Below, piece by piece: positions 24,704-37,632 of a DNA stretch of 64,000 nucleotides. How positions within the stretch are numbered: the first letter of the stretch is position 1; each line of letters begins with the position of its first letter. The notes under the pieces are model-generated. The model did no database searches. It saw only the letters and a list, made by a program, of their open reading frames with translations, and was not told the DNA's origin. This DNA comes from Sphagnum compactum (taxonomy: Eukaryota), in contig OZ234493.1 of the NCBI GenBank assembly GCA_965153455.1, positions 434,001-498,000 on the forward strand. The letters run 5' to 3'. The translations under genes were made by a program, and so were the position numbers.

Positions 24704-26193
24704 ACAATTGTCGTCTACTACTATTACTACTCTTCTCTCCATAACCCCTGTTTCTTCTCCTAACCTTCCCCCCCCCAACTTTCTTCCCAGACAGTCACCT
24801 TCCTCCGGCGCCAAACCTGCCAACAAATGCAACCCCTGATTGTCAATGAATCTAATCAATTGACAAAGTAAAAGCGCCTAGTTGCAATGATAGTGTCACT
24901 GAGTCCTAGGGCACACAATACACAAAATCTGGTGCAGGAAGTACCATGAAGAAATAAGTTGAAGACATAAAGATTATAGTAGCCACTATATGTGATGCAC
25001 AATGCAAGACTGCTTAAATGTGCTGGCAGCCACAGGTCCCTGCTGAGTTTCAAAGTTTATAAAACTTGTGGGCCTCTAACAGCACTTTGTCTGCAGCATC
25101 ACACACTGATCCAACCATCTCTATTTGCCTCTGATGGTGAAATAACCAGCAAGCACAAAAACTTACATGCAGATTCCACTCATTAACGCCTACAAAGATG
25201 ATGAAGAATCTCCATTTGACACACGCCTGGAGAAGGGCATATGTGCTTATATACCATGGAGAAGGATTGGCATGTAAAACGATGAAAATATTGATTGAAA
25301 AAAAAATCAATCCCTCAAATTCCCTCAAATCAATCCCTCAAATAGGCATCTATTTCAAGTATTAATGCAGGAATCATGTCTAAGTATTCAGTGACGATAA
25401 GGCACATCTTAAATTTTGCAAAAACTATCACCTCATAAAATAGACAGGAATATTCTTCTGTCCCTATATAAAACTTGAAACTTCCACAACTTCTCGAAAT
25501 TGAAACCTGGGTTCACAATCCCCCTGCCCTTGATGCGTTTTGGTTTCCTTCTTCGCAATGGATTTGTCCATTTGTGTTAAAAAATGAAAGCAAAAAAACC
25601 TGAGTCACAACAGGGATGTCCAAACAGCTAAGATGGAAGAATTTAGAAACTAGAAATGTACCGACTATTACGCCTCCTGTAATTTTGCTTCATTTGGTCA
25701 CATGTCTCAAAAGCATTTTATGCTACCCTGTTTGGCCCTAACTACTGTGTTTTCTTTCCAAACATCAGATCTGACATTCAAGGGGGAAGTGGACAAATTC
25801 TTGTGTAAGAATTTGGTGTTGCAAAAACCAAACACACCAACCCCAAATACGGATTCCGTATTTTACACGGCCACACTGTAAAATTTGAAAGGACTTAGAA
25901 TTTAGAGCCTAATGGTTACTTTATAAAAAGTCGGGTGCAATGTACATTGGTGAAAATCATCAACCCAGTACCTAGTTATTGTAGTGGGAGGAGATGACAG
26001 GCATCCATCACTTAATCTAATGAGTCTAACCTCTCTCTTTAATTTCTGTAATTTCTTTCTTTGTTTCACAACATTGTTTCCACTACTTATGGAAAGTCCT
26101 CTAATGGCTCTCCAAAATGGGCTAGTTTCTTTGTTACTCCTGCAAAATTGGTGGCCCCATAAGGACAATTCTTCTTCACAAAAGCTGAGCTCT

Positions 26194-27558
26194 TCAGAAG
26201 AGTTTCCCAGCAGTCTTTTCCTCTGCTGAAAACGATGGCATTTGGTCACGCCGACCCAATTGCAGTGCAATCTTTTGGTGGTATAACTCTCCGTCCTCTC
26301 TCTGGCAAACCGGTATCCTCATCGTGCTTTGGATATCTTGCTCCATCTCTGCATAGTAACCTGCGCAGTTCCTGTACAGCTCAAATATCATTCCAATCTG
26401 CCCACCGTTGGAAAAGCTACTCACTAACACCGCTACTATACTGCAGGCTGCCGCCACTCCTGCCAACTGAATCCCGGGCCAGCATCCCAGCAAGCTCAGC
26501 ACAGCCGCAACCACTGCAAACACTGGAGCCGATATTGCTAGCCTTTTGTTAGGAGTCTCCTTGTTTCTGGCCGCCCGCACGTATTTTGCTATGTCCGATG
26601 TCTGCAGCTTATCTGCTGTTCGCTGGAGGTCCTTCGTGATGGCATCGGTCCAGCCATTCGTGTTGTTGGCTGGGATTTCCGTCTCGGTGAGGTCAGCAAC
26701 AGGGCCAAGTACGGAGGGTGCCACGACCTTGGGGAATTTCTCGAGGCCATTGGGCTTCAAGGGGAGAGGAAACCCGACGTCAAGAGCCTGCAGCCTGCCC
26801 ATCACCTCTTCCATGTACAGGTGTCCATCCTTGCGTAGGCGTGGATCGATCAACAAAGTGGTTTGGATGTCTCTTGCCAGCCGCTTATGGAAGCGAGACG
26901 CAGTGCGTTGCTCTTCAGCGAGCTGTGAGGGCTGATACTTGCTGGCCAAGTACATAAATCCAGCGGCACCGCCGTTGAGAAGGAAGGCGGCCACGGACAT
27001 GCTCAAAGAGGTACTCCCGACGCCGCTGTTCATGGCGGCCAGCATGGCCGCTGCGATGGTGGTCATGTTGACAGTCATGTGGCAGAGCTTGTTCCAGTTA
27101 TCTCGTTGGACACCGATGATGGCATGCATCTCGCTACGATCTTCGGCCGCTAAGGCGATGTTTCGCAACTGAGCCACCAGCATAAAATCCTCGACTCCAT
27201 TTCTATCAGTCCAGCCTTTGGTATTGCGCTGCGATGGAGATGTGGGGGAGCCGGGGCCTGCTGGATTGAATGAGATCCAGTCTTGGTCGACGGAGTTGAA
27301 CATGGTGTGTCTGGGTGTTGCGAGTGCACAAGAAGGCCTTAGCGACCTGTAATTACACCTGCGACGCTTTGATCCATGTCCAGACTTCCGAGAGATCCGA
27401 ATTGGCACTTGTATCAAACCCTGGGAACTACCTTTATGGGCAGTAGTAGGAGTAACACAATGGCTAGAGCCGTAAGCATCACCGACTGCAAATTGGTTTC
27501 CAGAAATGAATTGAGAGCCTAAATTACTGGCAGTAGAGAGGGCATTGCAGGCAGCCAT
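26194..27558 (-). CDS. Chloroplast_duf / petal formation-expressed family protein ('probable F-box protein At4g22030'-like), 454 aa, intronless, probable plastid transit peptide
   Basis: Family-typical motifs DRSEMHAIIGVQRDNWNKL, QPSQLAEEQR, LQALDVGFPLPL, NGW, GGQIGMIFELYRNCAGYY, REDGELYHQKIALQLGR, AGKLF*. Ser/Thr/Arg-rich N-terminus. ATG at 27558 (the ORF-track start 27591 is TTG). Confidence 0.9.
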   Translation of the reverse strand: MAACNALSTASNLGSQFISGNQFAVGDAYGSSHCVTPTTAHKGSSQGLIQVPIRISRKSGHGSKRRRCNYRSLRPSCALATPRHTMFNSVDQDWISFNPAGPGSPTSPSQRNTKGWTDRNGVEDFMLVAQLRNIALAAEDRSEMHAIIGVQRDNWNKLCHMTVNMTTIAAAMLAAMNSGVGSTSLSMSVAAFLLNGGAAGFMYLASKYQPSQLAEEQRTASRFHKRLARDIQTTLLIDPRLRKDGHLYMEEVMGRLQALDVGFPLPLKPNGLEKFPKVVAPSVLGPVADLTETEIPANNTNGWTDAITKDLQRTADKLQTSDIAKYVRAARNKETPNKRLAISAPVFAVVAAVLSLLGCWPGIQLAGVAAACSIVAVLVSSFSNGGQIGMIFELYRNCAGYYAEMEQDIQSTMRIPVCQREDGELYHQKIALQLGRRDQMPSFSAEEKTAGKLF

Positions 27559-27817
27559 ATTGTTTGTAATGGAAGAATCTAAGCCTCTCAACCAGAGAGC
27601 AGCAAGTGAGGTAAAATTCGAAAGAAAGGTTAGAAAATGATCTAAATTGCTGTGGATGAGGAACTAATTTGTTGCTGGAGAAGTGTTAGGATTGTAGCCT
27701 GCTGCAAGTGGTGGTGTTGAGGTAGAGTAAGCAAAGAGAGCAGTGAGAGAGGAAGTATGGACTTTGGAGAGATTAGAGTTTGAGAATGAGGAATGAAGTG
27801 GAGGGGGGAAGGAGAGC

Positions 27818-27966
27818 TTTTTATAAACAGCAAGAGCTGGAAATAGTCAAATGGGAAAACAAATATTCCCTGAAAACAAGGGTTTACGTGGATGAAGGAG
27901 AGTCAAAAGCGAGTAGGGAATACAGGGGTGGCCCATTGGCCATTGTTTGACTTGTAATCTCACGTG
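27818..27966 (-). promoter_or_regulatory. Putative core promoter: TATA box (27825-27818), ABRE-like ACGTGG (27886-27891), G-box CACGTG (27961-27966)
   Basis: Motifs read directly from the sequence upstream of a CT-rich leader; function untested. Confidence 0.5.
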
Positions 27967-28069
27967 CAATGCCAACATTATCAGTTGCTAGTCTTCCAGA
28001 CCTGACGTTGAGCAATTCAACGGGGACTTATATCCTCTCGTGTTGTACTTCCAGTTCCTGGCTGTCCCT

Positions 28070-29055
28070 ATTGGTGCTTTCACTAATAAAGTGTTTTGCT
28101 GGTTTATATTGTTTATTGAAACATTTTGGAAATTTACAACTAGGGGTTTTATTTCAATTTTTTGATATAGCAACAGTCGCCATGGTCCACAGGAAGAATT
28201 TGCCAGATTTAGCTACAGGTCAGAGAGGAAAGTAGAAAATTGAAGAATTCTCCTATACTTGGCGTCCTGTTGGAACCTATGGTTTAAATATAGTGATTTT
28301 AGAAAAGTAATTCCTCCAAAATCTGACAACTTCGGTGCATTTTTTTCACAAAAATCCTTTGTATATGAGTCACACTGGACTTGTATTGGTGAAAAAAGTT
28401 GATGTTCACAACTTCTTAGATTCCTTTGTGGTTCATGCAATAATGAAGTTTTACAGGTTCACATCATTTAGTGGAACATTTTGCAAATTCACAACTTGTT
28501 ATTTTTTGGTCAGAAAAGTTTTGAATCATCAGACTTAGTTTGTGTTTTGGAAGGTTGGAACTTGGAACTTCAGGTAGGTACCATATTTTTGGAATGCCCC
28601 CAGCCTAAAGACTTAAGTAGTCTGCCACTGTGCCTCTTCAGGTCTCTCAAAACATCAAGAAAATGTAAACTTTTAAAGGCTTTCTAAATTACGCCTCTCC
28701 CTGTCAATGGTTGCCATTAAATATTGTAGATGCAACTTTTTGGGAAGGGTGGTTCTGTTTTTGCAATTCTCTAAAGAATGAAAATGGATAGTAGGAAGTT
28801 GGGGTAATCCCAAAACAAGGGGCCTTAGTAGGGTGTGGTATCCGAGCTCAGCCCAGCATTTGAGGAATGTCCCCACCTATCGACTATAGTAACTTAGCAG
28901 AAGGCAACTGATACCATAAGACCACCATGAAATTGTTATCATGAGCCTCCATGCGCAAAGGTCAGAAGGGAATAGGAGTTACAAGGAGGCCCTTGTAGAG
29001 GTAAGGTGCCATTAGAGGAGGCATTATTCATAAGGGTAAAACCAGCCTGAGATGT
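28070..29055. repeat. Segmental duplication block 'Z', copy 3
   Basis: Colinear with 16590-17340 and 1-390. Confidence 0.8.
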
Positions 29056-29569
29056 TTGTGCTTGTACCCTCCTTTATTGTTAGACTTGGTGGAAATTAAT
29101 TGAAAAATCAAATGGTGAGAATTCAGAGAAATTTCATAATTGTATTGAAAGTGTATGAAAATTTGTGATCCAAATTGATAAATATTCTAAAAGTTTCAAA
29201 TTGGAAGAATGAAACATGAAAATTGGTCCATGTTGCTTAATGTGAACTATGGCTTACATTTCATAATAGGAGAAAGGAATCTTGATGATTGAAACAATGA
29301 AGACAAAATTTAATTTAAATTTAAGATTATAGCTCTACTCTCGAATGGTAATCTCAAGATATCATATGGAGCAATTATAATGAGAAAAAAAGTAAAAGAC
29401 AAGAGACACATATAAAAAACTAGAGTTCAAATATTTGAGAACCCCATGTGTACAACTTTTAAAATTTTAATTTAAGTACGGAAATGGTGGCATAGCCTAA
29501 AATTAATTGATTTCAACACTCGCCCCTCAAAATTGACCATTCCAAATGATAGTATATCTAGAAGGCATG

Positions 29570-30310
29570 TTATCAGGAGTACTATTTCTTCTCCTTTTGA
29601 GGGTGATTTGAAAAATGAAATCCCTGCTCCATTTCAAAATACCTTTTTTTTTCTTGTCTTTTTTATGAACTAGATCCTCATTTCAAATCCTTGCAGGTTC
29701 TTGAAAACTACGAGGGGCATAAAAATATAATCCACCTTGTAATTGAATATGATGTGAAAGAAGTCATCTGTTTCTTATGAAATTTGTTGAATAGTTAAAC
29801 CCTGCTGTCGAAGCTCAAGCAATTGCTCCAATTGATGGATTTGCTTTTGAAGATAAAGAAACTAACATGTTTTGTATTGGAGCATCCATAGAAGAATCTT
29901 CATGGGCATGGGTTATTATTGAACTATCTTTGTTTTGGAGGTTATTTATCCATCTATTTATTTGTGCCAATCCACTAGCTTGGTGGCAAACCCATGTGGG
30001 TTAATTTCCAAATGTAAGCGTAATTACCATACAATTTTTTGGGATCCCAAAATTTCAAGTTGAGACAAGAAAAATTCTTTGCTTGGTTGGTATTTTGACA
30101 ACTTTGAGGTGCTTCTACTTACAATTGGAAATTTTATTTGGATTACAATAATTATCATAATGGTAAAAATTGATTTAATGACCTAACTTGAACTGTACAC
30201 CAAATGTAGATCTAAAGGATTATATGAAGGCTTAAATTGTTTTAGCTAAAAAAATTTATCAATTGATTAAAAAGGTTAAATACTTTGAAGAGCTATAAGT
30301 TGACAGAGAT
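29570..30310 (+). mobile_element. Second hAT transposase remnant (C-terminal dimerisation region)
   Basis: PLAWWQTHVG*FPNVSVITIQFFGIPKFQVETRKILCLVGILTTLRC at about 29972-30112. Confidence 0.7.
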
Positions 30311-32350
30311 TAGATTATTCATTTAAACCTTACACATTAGTTTTTAGTTCTTATTATTTTTATTTTCCATCTATCCTTGACCCTAATTTTTTTATTTTCA
30401 AGTTTGTTGTTATAGGGTTGATTATTTATGGACCAATTTATGGAGGTTAATAAAAAATAAAAATTGTTAGTCAAGTTGTTGGGAGCTATTGATTTCTTCT
30501 TGGGTTTTATGTGTGTGGGGTTGGGGTGTTGGGAGTGGTTTTGTGTTTATGTGGGTGTTGGTTTTTCTCCAAGGAACTTGTGTTGCAATGGGCAAAGTTC
30601 TTGCAAAGGTCTTTAAAGAAATGGGGTTCAATTCCCCCATATTAAACTACTTGATTTCAAATGTTTGAATTTTATTTTTTTACACAACTAACATGTAAAA
30701 TTTGTTACAAATACCTTGTATGCATATTTGGAAATTAACATGAATTTGAAAACCAACAAATACATAATCAACAATGAACACATTTTTTTTATGGATGAAT
30801 AATTGTTTTTACAAGGAAATTTTTTAAATATCCGAATACATATCATTTAGTTAATTTTTGAAAATAATATGCTCTATTCATATCCTTTTGACCAATCTAA
30901 AATATTATCACTAACCAACATTGGTAAAGACTTGTTTGCAAGCTTGACTGAAACAATAACATGCACAATGCAAAGTTAAACATAAACAAGGGCTTTGGTG
31001 AATGTAAAACACTACCAATATTTTTTTAATGTATACACTAATGAAAAAACTATCATTTGCAACCAACTTTTATAAATAAAAAGTGCCATTTGCAATTCAA
31101 AAATGTGGTTTGTAATTACTTTTTAATTACAAACAACATATTTTAAGTGCAAAAATTGATTATAAACAATAGTTTTTTTCTAGTGCTATTAGGGTCCCTC
31201 ACTAACCTAAAGATTGACTAATTTAAAATTTAAATTATCTATCACTTTTGTGAAGATCTACTAGGTTTGCGATATATTTTATGGATATTTATCCATATTT
31301 GCCTACAATTTGGGTAGATTGTTTGAAAATTTGGCAATTATATTATAAGGCAAATTTGGTCATGACTCCCTGCAAACCTTGTAGAAGATTGTCAAAATGT
31401 ATGAAAATTGTCAAAACTCTTTTCTAATTTTATCTCAATTTATTACCTAATAGAAGGTTCATAAGTTACTAGATTATGTTTTTTGAGTTCTTCTTAGTAT
31501 GGTGGAAATCATATTTGATATGATTTTTTAAAAGCAGATTAAAGGTTGTTGATGATTTCTCTTTATGATTATTTATTTATTCATATAGTGCTTTCCAAAT
31601 AAAATCATGCCATAGGAACAAATAAAATACAAATAAAAACTTATGAATACACCTAGCTTTGTTCAATTTATTGAATTGCCCAATAAAGTACTATTTACTA
31701 TAAAAATTGGCAAGAGTAAGAGAGTCATAAGCTTAAGGGCACTTGCTTTGTCAAAGAAAGCAAATGGTCTCATATCAATGCAAGATATAACCATTAAAAG
31801 CTTAAATGTTAATCAATTGAAAAAAATGGATAAATCTTATGTATGTTTCTTGGGTAAAATTAATGTCTCACAAATAAATTTAAAAAACGCATTTTAAACC
31901 ATGAGTCCCTTTACTTATAATCATACTTTTCTAGTTTTACATCAAAGCATCACTCTCAACAAAATATATGTTTTAAGTAAACAAAAGAACACCTTGGTAA
32001 ATACCGAGGACGTATAAATTAATGTAAAAATCAAAATAGCATGAAGCTTTAGTAATAATTGGAGATTTTCAAAAGGGAGTGTTTTGATATGGTTATATCC
32101 TCTCATTTCCAAGACCTTGAGCTGAGTATCAAAAAATAAAATCTATTTTTTATATATTCTATCTAATAGTGTGTGCTTGAGAATTTATTTATTATTTTCT
32201 AGATTTCTTTGTTTTCAAAATACTAGGTAAAATATTTTCCATTTAATAGGCCCACCTTTTATTCATGTTTGTCATTTCTCAATACTTATTGTGTAAATAT
32301 ATCATATAAATGGGTAACTTTGCAATATAATGAGCCACTACAAGTGTAAT

Positions 32351-35200
32351 CACTACAGAAAAACATGTAAATCGATTTTCACTTGGAGTTCAAATTTAGA
32401 ATTACTCACATAACTTTCATATTATTATGTAACATACATTCTTGGATGACATATAAAAATTTAAATAATTTCTATTAAGGTGTGAAGGTTGAAAAGGACT
32501 AATTTAACATTGAACCACTCATGACTGTCCTGAATTATGTGTAAAATGTTTTAAAAATTGAGCCAATTTTTTTGAAAAATATATATTTATATGCAAATCC
32601 AGGCACTATTATATTATATAAGGTTTGGAATTAGACTTTTAATTTTTATGATTTTTAATGCACATTATGTTGAATCTATGCAATTTTGTAATATTTTAAT
32701 TCAAAAAATTAAGTTTTATGGGTCTTAAATAATTTTCTCATATAGTTGATGAGTACTAACATTTATCTGAATTAAGCTATGTGGTTTAAAATTCATATTC
32801 CAGTGAATAATGTGGCCAAATTTTGATATATTTTATGATGAGAAAGGATTTAAGGTAAGGATGAGAAAGGTTGATAGAAAAGGATGAAAAAGGGGGATGC
32901 ATAGGGGTAGAACTGGTGAACCCTAAAACATGCACTAAACCCTAGAATGTTTCAAATGAAAGAAACAAAGTTGTGAGTTGATTCATTGATGAAATATGAA
33001 TGTTGAGGAGATTTTCAAACATCTTTTGTAATAATGGCGGGAGGCAAAGTTCCATTGAAGAAAACCCTAGCTATGGAAGATTCAAAAAGATAGAGGTTTA
33101 CACGCAAGGAGGTCAAGAGAATTGCTACTATTGTTTGGGCCACAGTGAAGCGCATTGTAACTTCATTGGAAGACAAAAAGGATGATTCTAATAATGAAAT
33201 ATTTTACACCCCTCCTCAAAGCCCGTCAAAGAAATTTCTGTCAAACTTGAAGATCATATGTTTCAAGATCATAGCAAAAGGCGATCAAAAACCTTGTTAG
33301 ATTATCATGAAACAATTGTAAAGCAATTGTTTGACCTACAATGTGCTTCATTTTGTGTTTCACCAAAGTCTAAAAAGATGTCAGCTACCTACACATTATG
33401 CCCCTTTTACACATCGCCTATTGCCGAATGCTCTGGGGCATCACTTGAACCACTTGTCAGTAGACAAGATTACTCCACAAAAGTCCAATTGCATACATAG
33501 CTAGCAAGGTATGAACTCCATCCTCTGAAATGATTTTCTTGAACCTATTGTCACTTTAGGGTTTTTTGGTGATGTTGCACTTAAGTTGGATCAATTTTAG
33601 TTTCTAATGCTCAAGAGTTTTGAATTTTTGTAAAAGGCCACCCAAATCAATCATGAGCAACTCGAGCCAAAGAAACCCGAACTTGAATGCAAAAAACATT
33701 GATGGTCAAGACGAAGGTGAGTCAGAGGACATTAAAATCAAGTACCACTCCTAGTATGAGTTGAAGAGGAAGGCAAATACATGCGAACGTGTGAAGCAAT
33801 GTAGGATGCAAAAAATTGCTCGCATCGCAGAAAAATAAGCACGTCATGAATCTGAGGTTATTCATGTAAAAAACGTAGTTCAGCTAAAATCTTTGAACAC
33901 GTATAAAAACCATATGCAAAAAGTCGTGTTGCAGAGGTGTTTAGGAAAATAGCCACGTTTGCTTTTGATAAGATGAAACAATTGGAACTCAATGTCTAAC
34001 AAGTTAGCATTGAAAAATTCCTTGCTCATCCATTAATGCAAAACATGCTTATTGACTACCTAACCAATTTACAATGTTTGAAGGCACATGAAGAAGTAGT
34101 GTCCAATTTGAAATCTAGGATCATAAATCATCTAACTGGTCAACAAAAGGCACAAGTTATGGCTACTAAGGATATTGTTTGTATGTTGGCATCAGGTCAG
34201 TCAATAAACAACTAGAAGGGTCTTGTAAAGGTGTTGGGTGTAGATAGGCAAAACATACAAAAAACGATGGATCGGTAGATTCAATTAAATACATCATAGG
34301 ATGCATTTTGGATTACTTTTAGACGAGCAAAACATTGAGATTCCCTACCTCAATCTATGAGACATCTAATGGCGTACTGGTAGACAGTAGAAACCATTAT
34401 TTCTCCTATTGCAAAAGATGTCATAAGACGATGCATTGGCATGAAGTTGGATGAAATGCATCCAACCCATTTTCTCCAAGTCTCATAGGTGCAAATGCTT
34501 AGATGTCTAAGAATTCGTAAAGGGGTGCAATCACAGTTGAAAGAGCCAAAAACCATGTCAAACACTCATGAAAACTACAAATTAAAACAAAGATGTCTAT
34601 GTGATGCCATTAAAAAATCACAATAATTAGTAAAAGTTGTGTTAAATGAGTAATATGAATGTTGAAAACTTCAAATTGAAAAGTAATTTATTTTAATTTT
34701 AAGTTTTTTTGTGTGTTTAGGACTCTTGAAGTTGACCACCTACTTCATTAGATAATAGTCAATTTTCACATGGCCCCTTAAATTAAAAATTATAGACTTG
34801 TTCATCTTGAATTTTGTTGAGGTGATATTAGACTGCCAAATTCAATAAAAAAGGACTCAATATCCATTATATATATAATAAAAATTTATAGAAATTCAAA
34901 ATGTGTTTCAAGCTTAAGAGTCTTTTGTCACATGTAAATGAGGTTTAATGAATATGGTGTATGAAGCAAAGTTGTAGCTTGCAATATTAAAAACTTAACT
35001 ATAAAATATCAAAAAAAATTTCAAACAATTTTACTACTTTTTAAAAGCATCCTAAAAGAATGTGCAATTTTGAAAAAATATTTGTATGAGTAAATTATAT
35101 AAGTCAACTAAGTTGAGACATTTGGAGAATGCATAGTTTAGGTAAGTTTAACTTGCAAAACATTCCATACAAAAATTCCATCTAGGCTTCATGTAGTGAT
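32351..35200 (+). mobile_element. Highly degenerate DNA transposon, possibly CACTA/CMC-type; right boundary uncertain
   Basis: CACTACAGAAAAAC at 32351; decayed coding remnant at about 34010-34490 (EKFLAHPLMQ...KVLGVDRQNI...ETIISPIAKDVIRR...HPTHFLQVS). No convincing TSD. Confidence 0.4.
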
Positions 35201-35925
35201 TAGTTAGATCCATTTAGGTTCTATTTGAAGATCCTACAAGGAATTGAATAGTTTTCATCTAAAAAAATAGTGATTAAGTGACCAATTTACGTCGTCTTTT
35301 CATCCAAAATTCAAAAACCTAAAATTTGGCATCTCACTATAACTTGAGATCCAATGGTTGAGGTACTTGGAAGTAAAATCCCCCCCCCCCCCCCCCCCCT
35401 TGTTGTCTATCGCATGTGATGGCAAAGCTTGCACAAGTGATTGTGGCAAGTATCGAACTAACATTATGCCTTTGCATCAAAACTTGACAGAGTGACCGTG
35501 TGCTTTAGAGCGTGTGAAATTAACTAAATGTGCAATAAGGCTTGTCAGACTGATCGTGTGCACTAGAGCTTGTCAAGGTGACCATGTGCACTATAAACTT
35601 GCCAAAATGTACATTGGAACTTGCTAGTCAAGGTGATCGTGTGTAGTCAAACATGTGCGAAAGTGTTTGTATGGAATAAATAATTTATTTTCCTTCACAT
35701 TGGCATTTTGATGTTTATCACAACCAAGTGTGCATTGAAGCTTTAAAACTCATATTAGAAGAGTTTGCATTCTTCAATGTTAACTTTTCAATGTTTGTAT
35801 AACTTAGAACATATAGTCAAAGTGTGTCATGGATGTTTTGTTCTATTTGTATGTTTGTGTGGTCTTGGCATTTTGGCAAGTTGGGTTCAATTGTGATACT
35901 TGTTTCCATGAACAACAACACTGTT

Positions 35926-36105
35926 TTCATGTGTGACCAATTTTCATGTGTGAACAATAGCCAACAAGGAATTGCTTTCATGTGTGACCAATAGCCAACA
36001 AGGAACTGTCTTCACATGTCATTAGTTGCCAACAAAGAACTATCTTCATGTGTGACCAACAGCTAATAAAAAACAAGCTAGTGGCCAGTAGCCAACAAGG
36101 AACAA
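35926..36105. repeat. Degenerate ~35-bp tandem repeats
   Basis: tcatgtgtgaccaatagccaacaaggaa-type units. Confidence 0.7.
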
Positions 36106-37308
36106 ATTAGTGAACAAAGTTATGCAACAAAGAAAGAGTGAACAAGCTGATGAACAACATTGTAATAACCATCGATCCCTACTTGGAGCAATTGGTCCAA
36201 CATCAAGCTTGTTCCATACGCCATTTCTGTTCAAAAAAGATCACAATCTATTGTAACAAACCCAATTGTTGCACGATCAAGCAAATGCATCTAGAATTGG
36301 TGCTTTAAAACCAGAACTCTTTTAAGCTTATGAACATGTTTTTCCTTGCATTTGTCTTTGATTATGCTTGATGTAATAAAAGTGTTTAAAAGGTTGTTGG
36401 ACTAGGTTACAAAAATCGAAGGTTTTTTCACAATGGATCTAGCACCATAGATCGGTCTATGGCCTTTGCACAATGAATGTGAGACCAATTTATGGCTACT
36501 TGTTGTGTAGCCAAAACATTGCATGGACTGCGGTTGCCGAATTCAAAAATATTTCTTTCGGTGGCAAAAGCACCATAAATCCGTCTCACAATTGACCTCC
36601 ATGTTTTTACAACTTAAAGGTATTTGATCATGTCTGTTTAGATGTGGGGGTTTGGTTTAGATGCCATGAAAGCAAAATCTGAAGGAAATCTAATGGTGAA
36701 TACATCAGCTAGTGTCATTGATATGTCGTTTTGATGTCGAGATTGCCCAAAGAGCTGAGTTTTCAAACCTAACTGGCGTATGGCAACTCAAGAGGCCATT
36801 AGAGTGGGGAAAAACACCGTGTATGTTTAAATTTTGTAGCTTAAAATAAAAGAATAATTTGTGCAAAATTATCAAAGAGCATTCCATTCAATTTTATATG
36901 AAAAAGTTGTCAAATTCATGGCTTGGCCCGAAAGTCCTTTGTATATTATTCAAATTTTTTTCAAGCAAGTGTTTTCTTGTTGTTTAATGCAGGTTGGAGG
37001 ATAATAGATTGTTTGGGAGGATTTCGCTAAAGTCCAATATATACTCACTTGCATTAATTGGTGCAGTCATGAGGATGAGCTAAACCTTGTTCAAAAGTAG
37101 GGTTGAGGTGTGTATAACTCCCATAATCTAGTAATTCATTTTGGTTTGCATGGCATGTTTTTACTAGACTTACTAAGAACTTTGAATTGTGATAATGTTA
37201 ATATAAATTAATTGCTTTACATGGTGTTTTTAGGTTTGGGTTTGATACATTTAAGGTGCATCTTTTGTTTTTAGCTTTGCATCAATAGTGGAAGACCATG
37301 AGTTTGTA

Positions 37309-37632
37309 ATGGGCGAAATCTAACCAAATCTACCGACTAATATTATTTTGCACCACATTTGGCCCAAAGTATGTGCAATTCCTTCATGGCCAAATTGAAT
37401 GCTATCATTTTTTACATTGCGTATCATTAGCAAAGCATGGAAGGACTTGGTAGATGGTAGTCAAGATTGGGCCCATTGCAAGTTCCATCTTCTTGAGCTT
37501 CAATTTCAAGAACAAAGATTGGAGGAGTTACACAATGAACAAAAATTGGAAGAACATGGACTGGAAGGCTGCAACACCTTAGATGGTTCTGTTAGTGAAT
37601 CGAAAACAAAAGTTGATAGCACATCATTGTGA
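37309..37632 (+). pseudogene. F-box-like gene fragment with stops
   Basis: MGEI*PNLPTNIILHHIWPKV...LRIISKAWKDLVDGSQDW follows the LP..I...I...LR.VSK.W..LV F-box pattern. Confidence 0.4.

Noticed and set aside
31036-31185. Possible mini-CACTA element (CACTA...TAGTG)
   Set aside because: TIRs are imperfect and the 3-bp flanks differ (ATA/CTA); insufficient support.
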